A stretch of 64,000 nt of DNA from Phoronis australis (Eukaryota > Animalia > Phoronida), in assembly GCA_002633005.1 (NCBI GenBank), contig NMRA01000139.1, forward strand, positions 558,001-622,000, written 5' to 3'. The notes under the pieces were generated by a model. It worked only from the letters and a program-made list of their open reading frames with translations. It was not told the origin of the DNA and made no database searches. Both the position numbers and the translations under genes were made by a program. Of the stretch, positions 51,901-61,700 are shown one piece after another (positions within the stretch are counted from its first letter, which is position 1; every line of letters begins with the position of its first letter).

Positions 51901-52725
51901 CCGCAGCTCAAGCTACAGCAGAGGCCGTGGACTACATTGCAAGTCACATGAAAGCAGACGACGAGTATTTCTCGGTAAGTGTCTTCTCAACTTTGCTCCA
52001 TTTGCCTAAAAGAGCATTTTCGGTAATAAGGTAAACGTAGTTTGGTTACAGTTTTATAAAAACACTTCTACAAGCCGAAAATCAACACTAACGGTATTTA
52101 GCGCTCTGCGAAGCACTGAACTACGTGTCTATTGGACGTCAAAGTCAAAACGTATGTATGAGTTTGCTCGAAAGGTCTTCTAATGAGCGCTCGAAGGTAT
52201 TGGGAAGAGCTGTGTGAAGCAGAGTTCGGAGCACCGGTCTCATTTGTAGGAGACCCGAGTTCAAATTCTGGCTTTTCTAGCAAACAACGAAGTATGGCAC
52301 ACAAGTTTCTCCTAATCCACTGATCTTGGTCTTGGTAGTTGATGAGTACAAGTGAGTGCACGGAAACTTAGATATGAGTTCAGCGCTACTAGAGGTCACG
52401 TGCCTTGTGAAATGTTTTTGAACAACCTACAGTGTAGCCTCACATCACGCTGCTTTTGTTCCGTTAAGAAGCAGTTTTGGGTCAGGTTGTGAATTAGCAC
52501 AGAGCACAACATGACATGTAGAAACCTCACTGCTTTCTATTGGTTTTCCCGCAGGATTGCGAGGACTGGAAGTATGTAGCGGCTGTGATTGATCGTCTCC
52601 TCCTTTTGGTGTTCCTCGGTATCACCATTGGTGGAACAGTAGGGATAATCATCGATGCTCCAACCATTTTCGAATACATCGACCAGCAAGCACGCCTGAA
52701 TCAACTGAACGGCGTCGAAAACTGA
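6906..52725 (+). CDS. nAChRbeta1: Nicotinic acetylcholine receptor non-alpha (beta1-like) subunit, whole spliced gene span with alternative first exons (505-514 aa depending on exon 1)
   Basis: Spliced ORF: exon 1 + 39283-39425 + 45735-45779 + 50277-50386 + 50993-51974 + 52555-52725, all GT-AG introns and in frame. It has a Cys-loop (CTIDVKYFPFDEQQC), four TM segments and no vicinal CC in loop C. ADGNYEVTYKSNVLIY and KFGSWTFNGDQ closely resemble the insect beta1 subunit as I recall it. Orthology is inferred, not computed. Confidence 0.9.
10830..11985. repeat. Long inverted repeat extending outward beyond the Tc1-type MITE
   Basis: 10830-10968 is the gapped reverse complement of 11780-11985, e.g. 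TAATCGTTGGACATTTTCTAGGGTCCCACATAACAACA vs TGTTGTTATGTGGGACCCTAGAAAATGTCCAACGATTA. Confidence 0.85.
10971..11777. mobile_element. Tc1/mariner-type MITE (CAGGGTG termini, about 110-120-bp TIRs)
   Basis: CAGGGTGTTCCATCGAAACAGG ... CCTGTTTCGATGGAGCACCCTG|TA. The left flank is CA, probably a mutated TA. Confidence 0.75.
11820..12459. mobile_element. Unclassified TIR element (MITE)
   Basis: TATGTGGGACCCTAGAAAATGTCCAA ... TTGGACATTTTTCTAGGATCCTACATA. Confidence 0.55.
13650..13996. mobile_element. Tc1/mariner-type MITE
   Basis: TA|CAGGGTG ... GGGACACCCTG|TA, with TA target-site duplication. Confidence 0.65.
14832..15132. repeat. Degenerate (GAT/GAC/GGT/AAT)n trinucleotide low-complexity tract
   Basis: Triplet-periodic ATGATG/GTGACA tract. 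Confidence 0.85.
19772..19863 (+). mobile_element. 3' part of the same Harbinger-type MITE family as 44644-44927
   Basis: AGATTTAATTATTTT.CAGAAATA..TGTGTGGAGCGTAAGA...TTTTCATGAAA.A.ACCCC is shared with 44835-44928. Confidence 0.55.
20368..20862. mobile_element. MITE with about 70-bp TIRs and a 9-bp TSD (possibly AcademH- or MULE-type)
   Basis: CAACCTCGTCCCCAAGCCTCAAGATG ... CATCTTGAGGCTTGGGGACGAGGCTG. Flanks ATTCGGATG (20359-20367) and ATTCGGAAG (20863-20871). Confidence 0.85.
22340..22433 (+). CDS. Alternative first exon 1b of nAChR: signal peptide MCLHLRLCRHQAPRAALVVFLMIIAINICSF(G)
   Basis: ATG at 22340, 31 codons + G, donor GTAAGG at 22434. Basic n-region and hydrophobic h-region. Phase 1 is compatible with the acceptor at 39283. 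Confidence 0.65.
22463..22716 (+). repeat. Diverged interspersed repeat, copy 2
   Basis: Collinear similarity to 5251-5582. Begins 30 bp after the exon 1b donor. Confidence 0.7.
31348..31359. promoter_or_regulatory. NRF1/Ewg-like palindromic site upstream of exon 1c
   Basis: TGCGCATGCGCG matches 11 of 12 bases of the consensus TGCGCATGCGCA, about 100 bp 5' of ATG 31457. Confidence 0.4.
31457..31544 (+). CDS. Alternative first exon 1c of nAChR: signal peptide MRCRLECTGLSLLLLFLGELVISFASLQR(G)
   Basis: ATG at 31457, 29 codons + G, donor GTAAGT at 31545, phase 1. An NRF1-like palindrome lies about 100 bp upstream. Confidence 0.72.
36078..36322. mobile_element. Small hAT-like MITE (degenerate)
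   Basis: CATGCGCGCTCCCAGGGGGG ... CTGGGTGCACGGCG, with internal hairpin GGGGGCTCG/CGAGCCCCC. Confidence 0.4.
36522..36672. repeat. Degenerate (CAC/CGC/CAT)n trinucleotide tract
   Basis: Directly visible. Confidence 0.75.
36921..37748. mobile_element. Degenerate PIF/Harbinger element with Myb/SANT and transposase remnants
   Basis: TIRs CCGATTTCATAAAGATG and CACCTTTATGAAATCGG, with many subterminal AAACC(A/T)GG copies. Plus strand from 37238 reads MSRKSTENFSHKEKGFLAELITEK..DVIGNK (Myb/SANT-like). Minus strand reads AVIETHVITVPMKHSKRFFFN (decayed IDGTH motif). Confidence 0.7.
39216..39425 (+). CDS. nAChR exon 2 (39283-39425) with optional in-frame 5' extension from ATG 39216 (signal peptide MGTGMGYLSLCLGLCLCVLSASG)
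   Basis: Encodes GLGSDDERRLLEYLFTSQGYNPLIRPVRNLNETIKVDFGLALVVLISL, the nAChR N-terminal helix and YNxxIRP motif. Internal acceptor ctctccgcttcAG at 39281-39282; donor GTAAGT at 39426. ATG 39216 has A at -3 and G at +4. Confidence 0.93.
40535..40786. mobile_element. Related Harbinger-type MITE, opposite orientation
   Basis: GGGTTTATATCATGAAAATGAC ... TAAGTCACTTTTCAAAAGAAACGC ends resemble those of 44644-44927. Flanks are CTG and CAG. Confidence 0.45.
41010..41938. mobile_element. Nested Kolobok-like deletion derivative A (THAP remnant on -, KolX-like remnant on +)
   Basis: TIRs GGGGTTAAGGATTTCC and GGAAATTCTTAACCCC, flanked by TTAG and TTAA. Minus strand carries a frameshifted THAP (LHRFPK...RRTW...HF...LKEDAILSLF). 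Plus strand carries MPTSVECLCC at 41117-41146. Confidence 0.72.
41565..41811 (-). pseudogene. Frameshifted THAP zinc-finger remnant (transposase N-terminus)
   Basis: MLHCCC...PLHRFPKVDTLRRTW (ORF 41619..41843) continues in another frame as RVHGKHFLPLDY...HLKEDAILSLF (ORF 41239..41730), the THAP F.FP, W, HF and AVPTIF-box pattern. Confidence 0.7.
42183..42405 (+). pseudogene. Frameshifted THAP domain remnant
   Basis: KKCVSGDC (one frame), then PKDTKVAQKWHRFVRRTKVWD...ATLCSAHFEDSCF (another frame): C2CH THAP signature. Confidence 0.72.
42419..42688 (-). pseudogene. Truncated acidic ORF resembling the N-terminus of Kolobok accessory protein KolX
   Basis: MAESREFESDDDYEQEL...AYFFYFEPYERD: acidic N-terminus with a Y.FEP motif, convergent with the THAP remnant. 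Family assignment is from recalled motifs only. Confidence 0.45.
44644..44927. mobile_element. Harbinger-type MITE with CAG target-site duplication
   Basis: CAG|GAGTCAATTTCAAGAAAAGTGAC ... GTCAGTTTTCATGAAACAGACCC|CAG. Its 3' part is similar to 19772-19863. Confidence 0.6.
45735..45779 (+). CDS. nAChR exon 3 (45 nt; DERNQIMKTNVWLRM, loop D)
   Basis: tttcAG acceptor and GTAAGT donor. The 45-nt size and DE.NQI..TNVWL motif are canonical. Confidence 0.95.
47903..48051. mobile_element. Small hAT-like MITE
   Basis: CAGTTGTGGATCCAG ... CCCCCCTAAATCAGCCACTG, with G- and C-rich subtermini. No clean 8-bp TSD. Confidence 0.45.
50277..50386 (+). CDS. nAChR exon 4 (110 nt; LWTDYQLKWDPNEYGGITVVRVKPEEVWTPDIVLFNN, loop A)
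   Basis: ttttcAG acceptor, AA|GTAAGT phase-2 donor, W.D..L.W.P..YGG and W.PDIVL.NN motifs. Confidence 0.96.
50993..51974 (+). CDS. nAChR exon 5 (Cys-loop, loops B/C/E/F, TM1-TM3, intracellular loop)
   Basis: Lies within ORF 50943..52034. ttttcAG acceptor at 50991-50992; donor TCG|GTAAGT at 51975. TM2 reads AQEKITLCISILLALVVFLLLVSK. Confidence 0.97.
52208..52273 (+). mobile_element. tRNA-like SINE head fragment in the last intron
   Basis: Degenerate A box (TGAAGCAGAGTT) and B box (GAGTTCAAATTC) at tRNA-like spacing. No valid cloverleaf. Confidence 0.3.
52555..52725 (+). CDS. nAChR exon 6 (end of MA helix, TM4, stop)
   Basis: ttttcccgcAG acceptor; DCEDWKYVAAVIDRLLLLVFLGITIGGTVGIIIDAP...; TGA at 52723-52725. 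Confidence 0.96.
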   Translation, partial: DCEDWKYVAAVIDRLLLLVFLGITIGGTVGIIIDAPTIFEYIDQQARLNQLNGVEN

Positions 52726-54255
52726 TTCGCCACACGTCCGCCTCGTCTTCCACGTGTTCGACTTCTTCAGGTCTCTGACTAAAGGGTCTGCGGCGAGATT
52801 CAACGAGAATTTCGACAGATCGAAAATGTCAACAATTTGAGAGTGGCTCAGTGCATACCGGGCAATGATGTTGGTGATGGTCGGATTGACACCTGACGCC
52901 TGACAACAGTGTTTCACCCGGATGTACATCTAAGAACTGGGAACTGGGGGAGTTCTGTTTGAGGTGGTTGGTCATTTCAGGATTCTCATTCGAACAGTTT
53001 GTTGGTTCGTTTGCCTGTTTGACTGCTTAGATTAAACTTTCACGCGGATGTGCTAATACCGCATTTTTACTATATTTGTAGCTGGACTACCTTGTGTCGT
53101 CTTAATTTTTACTGGTGAACATGATTTTTGTTAGCGGAAGCGTATAGTCTTGTTTCTATGGGTAATTTGTTGTGTACCAAGTTAGTTTGATACAATGGTG
53201 CTTCAGTACCCTCTTGTAGAATTTAGGTTGAAACGAATTTCTCGTTGTAGAAATTCGCGATCGTCTTACAATGTCATTTTACTAGAAAAAAAATGTTATT
53301 GTTTATCACTTTTGTATATGCAGATTAGTTTAACGGACACGCGTGTAAGTCACTTTCTTGTATTTTGACGAAGCAATTCTTTTGTGTATGTATGCGGCTT
53401 GTTGCAGTGTGCGCCGTTCCGGTTTCAAACAACTGAATTTACACTCACCAAACACTTTCATAGTAAAGGTGTGCCTCTGTTGACTTTTTTACAAGTGTTG
53501 AATTGAAACTGTAAATTCACAATATTGAGATTAATCCATTTTCCCTTTGGTTCCGGAAGTAAGCGACGTTGTGACTATGCCGCGTTTACATTTGTTTTTG
53601 GTTGTTGATTACTTCTAACCAGTCGAGCAACTTCAATACAGCACCCGTGTTGAAGATGTTTTATTGGGAATGCCCCACGCGCTACATGCGCGTGCGGGAA
53701 AATGGTCTCGACTTTGGGTGTGCCTTACTGCGGCTATTTTTGCGCATACCTAGACTTTTTGGAAGCATCAACGGAAATCGATAATGGTGTTTACAAATTG
53801 CGTGAGAAGAACTTTAAAATAATCGACACTATACTGGTGGCTATCTAACCTCACCATCCAGGCGGAAAACAGTAGTAAATGGTGATTTTCAGAGGGCAAG
53901 TCGACCTATGTGTACTTCCGTAATGGAATGGAGCAATTTGCAGAGGTCAAACAGTAGGGGTCCATATTGGTTATAGGCTCCTAATACACGGAGAACATTG
54001 TTAGTGCTTGGTGTTTTACAACACAAACTTGGGATCTGTTACAAGCTGCGGTCCCTTAAAATGCTTGTCAGCTCCATTTACATTAAAGAGAGTTAAGATC
54101 AATTGTTTTTGAAACGGTTATCAACCCGCCTTTCGTCACAATGATCAAGTCATAACGTAGAGAGTTACGATATTGGTCTCGTATTGCTCCATAGTCAAAT
54201 GAAATGTGATTCCAGGGCTATGAAAGAACTGGCAGTTGTTGTTGTTAAAGGTTAT

Positions 54256-54381
54256 GTAGGACCTTATGTGCCAATAGGACCTTACGGATCAGTAGGACCT
54301 TATGGACCAGAAGGACCTTATGGACCAGAAGGACCTTATGGACCAATAGGACCTTATGGACCAGTAGGACCTTATGGACCA
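54256..54381. repeat. 18-bp minisatellite (GGACCTTATGGACCAGWA) x about 7
   Basis: Directly visible; built from two 9-bp GGACCN4 subunits. Confidence 0.95.
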
Positions 54382-57300
54382 GGCTGGGTATTTAGCCAGC
54401 TATATCTACAAAATTATGGATTTTAAAAATATATAGTTTTGTAGATAAATGTATTTCGCTAAAATAATTTCAGTAAAAGTATAAAATTTCTTAAAGAAGA
54501 AAACTTGTAGATTGGGATTTTTGACATTTTTGCCACTCTGTTATTGATTGCTTCACGTGACGATGCATTTTTACAAAACTTATCAAAAAGGAAAGGTACA
54601 GCACGTTCATAACTGACGGTTTCAATAACATGTCCTATTTTTTGATATACCCTCATACAAAAGTGGAACATTTTAAAAATAACCAGTAACTACATTTTGG
54701 AAACCAATGTATAAAGCGTAGTGTCGACATATTTCATCTGAATGCGATCAGTCATTTCTGAGACACGATGTTCCGGAGTTCCAAAGCTACAATTTGAACA
54801 TTTTTCTCGGGTTCTACATAACCTTCAGACGTGACTTGTCACGTTGTCTCCGTTTATTCGCCCAGTATGATCTCGCGCTTTAATCAACGTACATGCACTG
54901 CCTGGTCACTGTAATTAAAAATCAACTCTCATCTGAGTAAAGAGCAAGTTGAGATCAATTTTATAGCGATAAGTGGTTAGTTTCTTCGACGGAACCCGGG
55001 TTTGGAGTCGTTTAAAAAAAGTAAAGATTTTTTGACCTGTCGATCGTTTTTCGTTTTTGCGATCATATTATTGTTTAATGATATTATTTTGCACATATAC
55101 TTGTTTTTGAAACATGGGACATGTTTTCCACTATTGTCCGTATGATGTCAGATAGTTTCTTTTAGAAATAAGAGGCTAGTATAGGATGATTTTATTGCCG
55201 AAGAAATATGTTTTTCGACATGTCGGTAACTCGATTTTTTTCATTTGAACTTATGTTCATGTTGCTATTGGTAACGCAATATTGACAATAAATGTACCTT
55301 TTAGAACATTTCTTGAAACAGGTTTTTATTTTTCATCTCTAGCGCCCATACATGAAGTAAACCAATCCTGTGTACGTAGCATTCAATTATTATTATTTCT
55401 GTTATTTGCCTCGTCCCGGTTGTCACTTGAATGGGAAATCGGGATTTTTCTCCTGATCATACGTTGAGTGCACATGTTTTCACTATATCCACCGTGGTGC
55501 GGCCATGGCTCAGTTCTGTAGACTTAAAAATCTCGAGAAGGAAGCTGCGTGATCACGTACTTTGTAGTACATTGCGATGCACGCCTAATCACGGTATTCT
55601 TCTTTACTCGTGTTATGAGCCGCACAGATAGATTAGTTTCATGGTTTTTCCATTTTATGCAATTACTTTTCGATGTCAAAATTGGCCAAGTGTTTTGCAA
55701 CAAAACGCACGGACTTGCTCGTTGTTGAAGCCGATACATGTAGTGGGCTTGCTGCTGAGTTCATCAACTTAATAATTACAGAACAATTAAACTGCGTTAT
55801 CGAAAACGAAGCAAACATGTAAAGTGTTTCTCGGGTACTTATGCAGATGTTGATTATGTAGACCTTATAACTATAAAACAGGATGTAGGCATAGATAAAA
55901 GAAATAAAACACCTGCACGTGATCAAACGATTACAGGTTGGACAAGACTTCTTCAAATGTCATCAGAGCCGACATTGTAACCGACGAGTCTTGCTATCTC
56001 TTGAATAGTTGCTGCATTTCTATTTGTATCAGGTGTTATCGACATCGTCAGTCGGTAAACGTTAGTTTCAGAGCCTGGAAGATAAACAAAACATACGGAG
56101 TAACGGGAACACGGAAACGTTCAATGGCGTTCGGTGTAAACAATAAAGCGTAGAAAGCTTTCAAATTATCTTAAACTGCAACTTTTGTGCAAACATTTTC
56201 AAGCTGGTTAAAATTTTATGAATAACTTAAGTCACACCTATAATGTGATGTGTGTATGCAAACTCTACTTTGGAATTGTAGAATTCAAGTAATTGAACCT
56301 CTTCTCAACTAGCGAATACACTCATGGTTTAGTGAACCAGGTAAACGAATTTCAGTTCAGTTCAGTTTGAACACATTAATTATCTTTTTGCGTAACTAAC
56401 CCGTTAATTAAGTTCACCAAAGCAATGTTTAAAAACAAAAATGTCCTTTAGTGAAATTGCCACCTCGACATTTTTATAGGTAACGCTTGTGCAACCCTAG
56501 CAAGATGTCGAAATTTAGCTAAGTATGAAACATCATTCTCCGATGGCGAAACAGATTCAAGTGAAACTTGCAGGTATTATGCTTTATTTATTGTTCTCCA
56601 AGATGGTGTTATGAACTTATTTGAAATGTTCAAGTATGCCACGAGGCATTACAAAATTAGGATTAAATTCTTATGAAATGTCAAAAGTTGCATAAAACTA
56701 AAACTAAACGATAACTGAGGAAACTGTAACATCATCTTTTAAAATTTCATCTTGAACATTTACGTCATCAAATAATTTGTCATTTTATCGATGCCGAGGT
56801 TTCAATAGGAACGATTCCATCTATTTGATGAATTTTACTATAAAACATGGTCACAGGGCACCATTAACAACAAACCGGCATAAGGGAGAAGAAATCACAT
56901 TCACAGGGCAAGATTTTTACAGACTGTATGCCATTGCCCATTTATACTCGTGAGGGAACACTTCCAGTAGACTGCAAACCACAGTCGAATGCGACTGATA
57001 CCTCCCTAATGACAGGCGACTTTTGAGATCACTTGGGCTGCAACCATGACCTTGACCCTCTGTTGACCAAAACCGTTTGCGGCTGAAATGAGTTGAATTC
57101 CGCACTCAACTGAACATCTGAAACCTCACGTAGATATACTCTGAAAATGTGAATATGTCCGAAGTGTTCCTCGGGTATTTTATTTTTTTCAGGTATCTAT
57201 TGTCATTAATAAACAAGTACAAAAACAAGTAAGTACATGCATTCATTCACTCATGCACACCTCAAGAGAGACCATTATCGTATCTCGTATAAAGTAAACA

Positions 57301-57737
57301 ATTTCTGCTACATGGAGTTAACATGAACAGTAACATTTTCCCATTTCGCAGAGAAGTTAACATATATGAAAGTTTTTATATGCAATTAATTTTTCAGTAT
57401 TATAGTACTCATAAGTATATGTAACAAACTTGTATATTTTTGGGACATCCTCGGGTATTTTATTAGCACGTGCGAACTACACTTCAATTTTAGTCTACGC
57501 TTTATTATGGCAGTTTTATAAGTCGCCAGCAGACAAAACCTAATGTGTTTGTTTCAAAATCTATGGATTTGCAACGAACACATTTTATATAAAGCATGAA
57601 TTGGGTTTTCAGTCGTGAATTTTATCTAGTATGTCATGACTGTCAGCATACAATGATGTTACATCAATTTGTACAAACACAATAAACGTAATGGTTTCGT
57701 TTCCGTTTTATACGAACTCATTGGCAAACTGATCATA

Positions 57738-58737
57738 CAGGGTATCCCGAAAGCATTGACACTCTAGTTTAAATGCACACGCGTTGTAATTGAGAACATG
57801 AATAGTAATGAGAATCTCTTAAGAAAGACAAATGATTTTTCCTGTGCCATTTCTGACCCTTGAAATTATCCTGGAAAATGCAATTTCCATAAGTTTTTGC
57901 CGGTTTCTCTCAAACCCGCAAGGGATATTTCTTCATTTGTTTATGAAAAAATGTAAAGAAGTATGAGAGGACAGGAATGACGGTTTTATCATAACTGATT
58001 CATTAAAGCTAAAACGAAATTTTGTTACGAAATTCCACACGACATGTCCTCTCCATGGCATTCTAATCCTTGCATTCCTCACACGTCGTATTTTTTAGAG
58101 AAATGACCATTCTGTGAATTGGTCCTCTAGTCGTTCAGGCTGAAAACAGTTTTAATTCGAGTTTGGTGCTTTAATAATCCGGTATACTATCATAGTAGCT
58201 CGGATGTTCTTTACAATAGACCTGGCACTGGTCCAATAAACGTCTTATTCTTTTTCCAGGGTATTGCACTCCGACAACATTGACAAGAGGAGCGACTTCT
58301 GACACCAAAGGGGATGCCATTAAATCGTTTTAGCTCATTTGAATGACGAGGTTTATTACCCACTTGCATGATAGACAATCACGATCATTTACCATGGCCT
58401 ACAATGCGATTTCTTCCAATCACTAAATCGACCTTCTTTGCAGTAACAATAAGTTCTTTTTAGATTGCACTCACCTTTCTCGCGGAGGTAGAAAACTGCG
58501 TTGCATGATTGACCTACTTTTCAAAATGTCAGTAACTCCTGAGTTAATAAGAGAAACATACCCTGCACTGATATTTGTGGACTCCAGATCGGAACAAATT
58601 GTAAAATCATTTTGATGTGTGTGCGCTCTACTGACGGAAATTACACCTATATAGATATGAGGTATAAATTCTACGTGTTGTCAACAACTTTTACGAAAGT
58701 CTGCCTCCCTATTTTGATGGAATTTTGGGACACCCTG
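57738..58737. mobile_element. Tc1/mariner-type non-autonomous element (1.0 kb)
   Basis: TA|CAGGGTATCCCGAAA ... TTTTGGGACACCCTG|TA. The right end AATTTTGGGACACCCTGTA is identical to that of the 13650-13996 element. No intact ORF. Confidence 0.7.
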
Positions 58738-61700
58738 TAGAGTCATCAGCTGGAAGCAACTGCGAAAACGATTTCCTTTGAACGCGCATCAAAATGAACA
58801 ATGTAATCCCCAATAACTTCCGGTTGAGTGAAATTATCGACGTTTGTGTTCGTATACAAGACGATGCAATAACATTGAACGGGCATGCACATCAAGTGAG
58901 ACAATTTACAGCATAATTTCAGCGGAGGCTAAAATCAAGTTTATCAAGCCATTGTTTTGTCTATGGTAGTAAATCTCCTGCTTGCGCAATCATTGAATTT
59001 GTTGGAAGACTCATTTTTGTTAATATTCAGTTCCTTTTTAAAAAATGTGTCATATGAGGAACTGATACATTTCGTTTGCAAAGATGAACTGTGTGAAGAG
59101 CCTGTCAAAAAGCCATAATCTGTGGACCGATCAGTATATAACGATCGACCAGTATCATTCGCCATGTACGTAAGCGTAATCATGGAGGCTACTCTCCGGC
59201 CGTGACCAAAAAGACATATAAGAATAAAATGGCAACATTTGGTTATGGGCTTTCACGAATGTGTGTCCTTTGAACATTGTGTTCTGCCAGCTTGGTCACC
59301 TCTCTTGAAGTCCTATTGTCGCCACTTCAGTGAGGGGTCTTCATTCCCCGTGGTATTTTACTGAGAGAAGGAGCCGGATACCGAAAACTGCAGAACACAT
59401 TTCGGTGTTCCACTAAACGCCAATCATTTCCAACCCAATGCATTCCAATACATAATAATACAGGTAATGGCTGCACCTGGGGTTCTATTGCTCATTTGTC
59501 TCCATTATTTAAGTCTCTATGTTTTGTTTACCAAGCTGTAGACTATTTTTTCATCGATTGGCTGTGGAGAGGCGTAACAAAGGCCTCCCGCTGTGTGATT
59601 TTTGGTGACATACCTTTGTCCCAAGTGTGCCACCCAACTTAATCTTCTGTACCATGACTTCTCGTCCACTTTACACTTGTTAAATATTTGTCAAGGAGAT
59701 TTGAACGCGCGTTTTCAAGAGGTCAATTGGAGATCGAATTTGTTAGAATTATAAGTAGTTATAACACGCATTAACCTTGGTGGGCATTTTCGACATCGGA
59801 TTTCAAGGCTTGGAGTATTCACTTTCACAAATACAAGAAAGTCTAATCCTGACACGAGACGAATACGACATCACATTTAATCCTGTAAGGATCATCGCGC
59901 ATTTCCACGTGGTGCTTACAGAACTGGAGTTCTTTGGCCTATCGAGAACAAGTGAGCAGCCGTGGTTGTGAAGGGTCATCACGTAAAACTGTTAAGTGCG
60001 TGAAATATGAGTTCAGGATTTTAACGTTTCCGTCATCCAACAAGACACTTCAGTTAGCAAAAATTTGCTGAGGACTTAGCGTAACTAAGTATCGTGTCTG
60101 TATGCTCTCTGGAATATTTAAAACGGTTACTTCAAGCAGGGCTTGAGAAACTCTATAAACTCACTGTAATTCGCTCGCGTACAAGCAACAAAGGTCATTG
60201 GATTACACTAAAAGGTAATGGTTCGCTTTAAATATGAAACCTCATCTAACAGGTGTTTAATAGGGATGAGCTTTACGCGTTGATCGCTACACCTAAGGCT
60301 CTTAGGCTTAAGTCAACCATCGATGTCCCTGAGTTTGATCGCGGGTTGTGGAGGGGGGATTATATGATATATGTGGCTTTGATGCTGGGCGTGGAAATTA
60401 GGCACCCTATCATAGAGTGGACTCGAAAAAAGGGTCATTTTTGGTAGCTTCCTTGCAAAACTCGCACTTTCATAGTTTTGTGAGTTCAGCCCACCTTCTG
60501 GAGATTAACTCAATAGAAGGATTCTTGGATCCGACAGCTGAATTTGTGGCTGGTTAAACCTCGTGCAGCACAAGCGTTGTCAAACGTGAGTTCATCTTAT
60601 GCAACCACTGATTACAACATATAGAAAATACTCAAAACCCTTCTGCTGTGTATTTTCCTCGAAAGGAACACTTTTCAACTTTTCATATATTCTCCCGAAG
60701 TGCAACTTTTAGGAATTGAATCGACACCACTTCGACAGGAAATTGATTGAAAAAAAAGACTCCATTTGAGCAATGCCCTGAGAGTATCCCAGGATTCAAG
60801 GTCATTGATGACCAAAGACAGGCTGGCATTGGACAGACATAGGGGCATGTTGCAGTTAAGTAAGCGACGAGTTGTTGAGGGGAATACGCACAGGGGGATC
60901 TGTGAAGTGGGAGAGTTCCCGGAAGAGTAACCTGCGAAGCAGGATGGAACTCATGTGGCACAAGGGGGCTCGATTTCAAATTCTATTCTAACAGTACAAA
61001 AGCCCATTCAGTACAGTATGCGCCCTCCTGAAGTTAGAGCTCGCTACTGAAATATGGCGCTTGCTACTGAAATATAGTGCAGGCTCATCATCAATTCCAA
61101 AATGGCGTCCATGAAAGCAGTTGTCAACAAATCAGTGCAAGAACTGTCATTTCGACTGGGGACAAGTTTTTGGAAATCGAAGTTATGAAACTTCATTAAG
61201 TCTTGGAAAAAACACTCGTAGCAAAGACAATCCCCTGTAACTTGACGTCACTGAATTCAATTATTTGTTTTTGTAACAAATGTTACACTCTTGTCGTACG
61301 TATCATGGTGTACTTCCAACGTGTATCGCTTAGAATCATTATCATTGCTCAATGTAGTCGCCTTGAAACTAAGTCACGTCTGACGCCATCTTGAACTTCT
61401 AAGGAACTGTAGCTATGTGATTGCGTGCGCTCGCGTACGCCCGTAAACGCTCGATTCTAAAAGCTGTTCAAGAAGCGAAAGTTGCGGCGTTCGCATGCGC
61501 CCTCCTCATTGAACAAACTTCGCATTTTCGCCACCCGTAAACATGGCTACGGGTGTCACTAGTGTTCCCAGGCTCTAAATTCATGTAGATTTACTGTGCG
61601 CGTGCATATACCAATACCAACTTCAGAAATCTTAGGGGCAGCGTACTGAGGTTGTGTTCACCGGTTAGTTTTACTTTGTTTTTGGGCTTGTCAAAAGAAA

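Noticed and set aside
52208-52273. Functional tRNA gene
   Set aside because: A and B boxes are degenerate and there is no proper cloverleaf; at most a SINE head.
52537-52929. 130-aa antisense ORF over exon 6, and possible stop-codon readthrough
   Set aside because: It is a shadow of the coding exon with no motif. Readthrough of TGA-TTC would reach TAA after 18 codons and the context is not leaky.
54184-54426. Collagen-like (GPYGPE)n ORF
   Set aside because: Produced by an 18-bp minisatellite; non-ATG start, no signal peptide, no exon boundaries.
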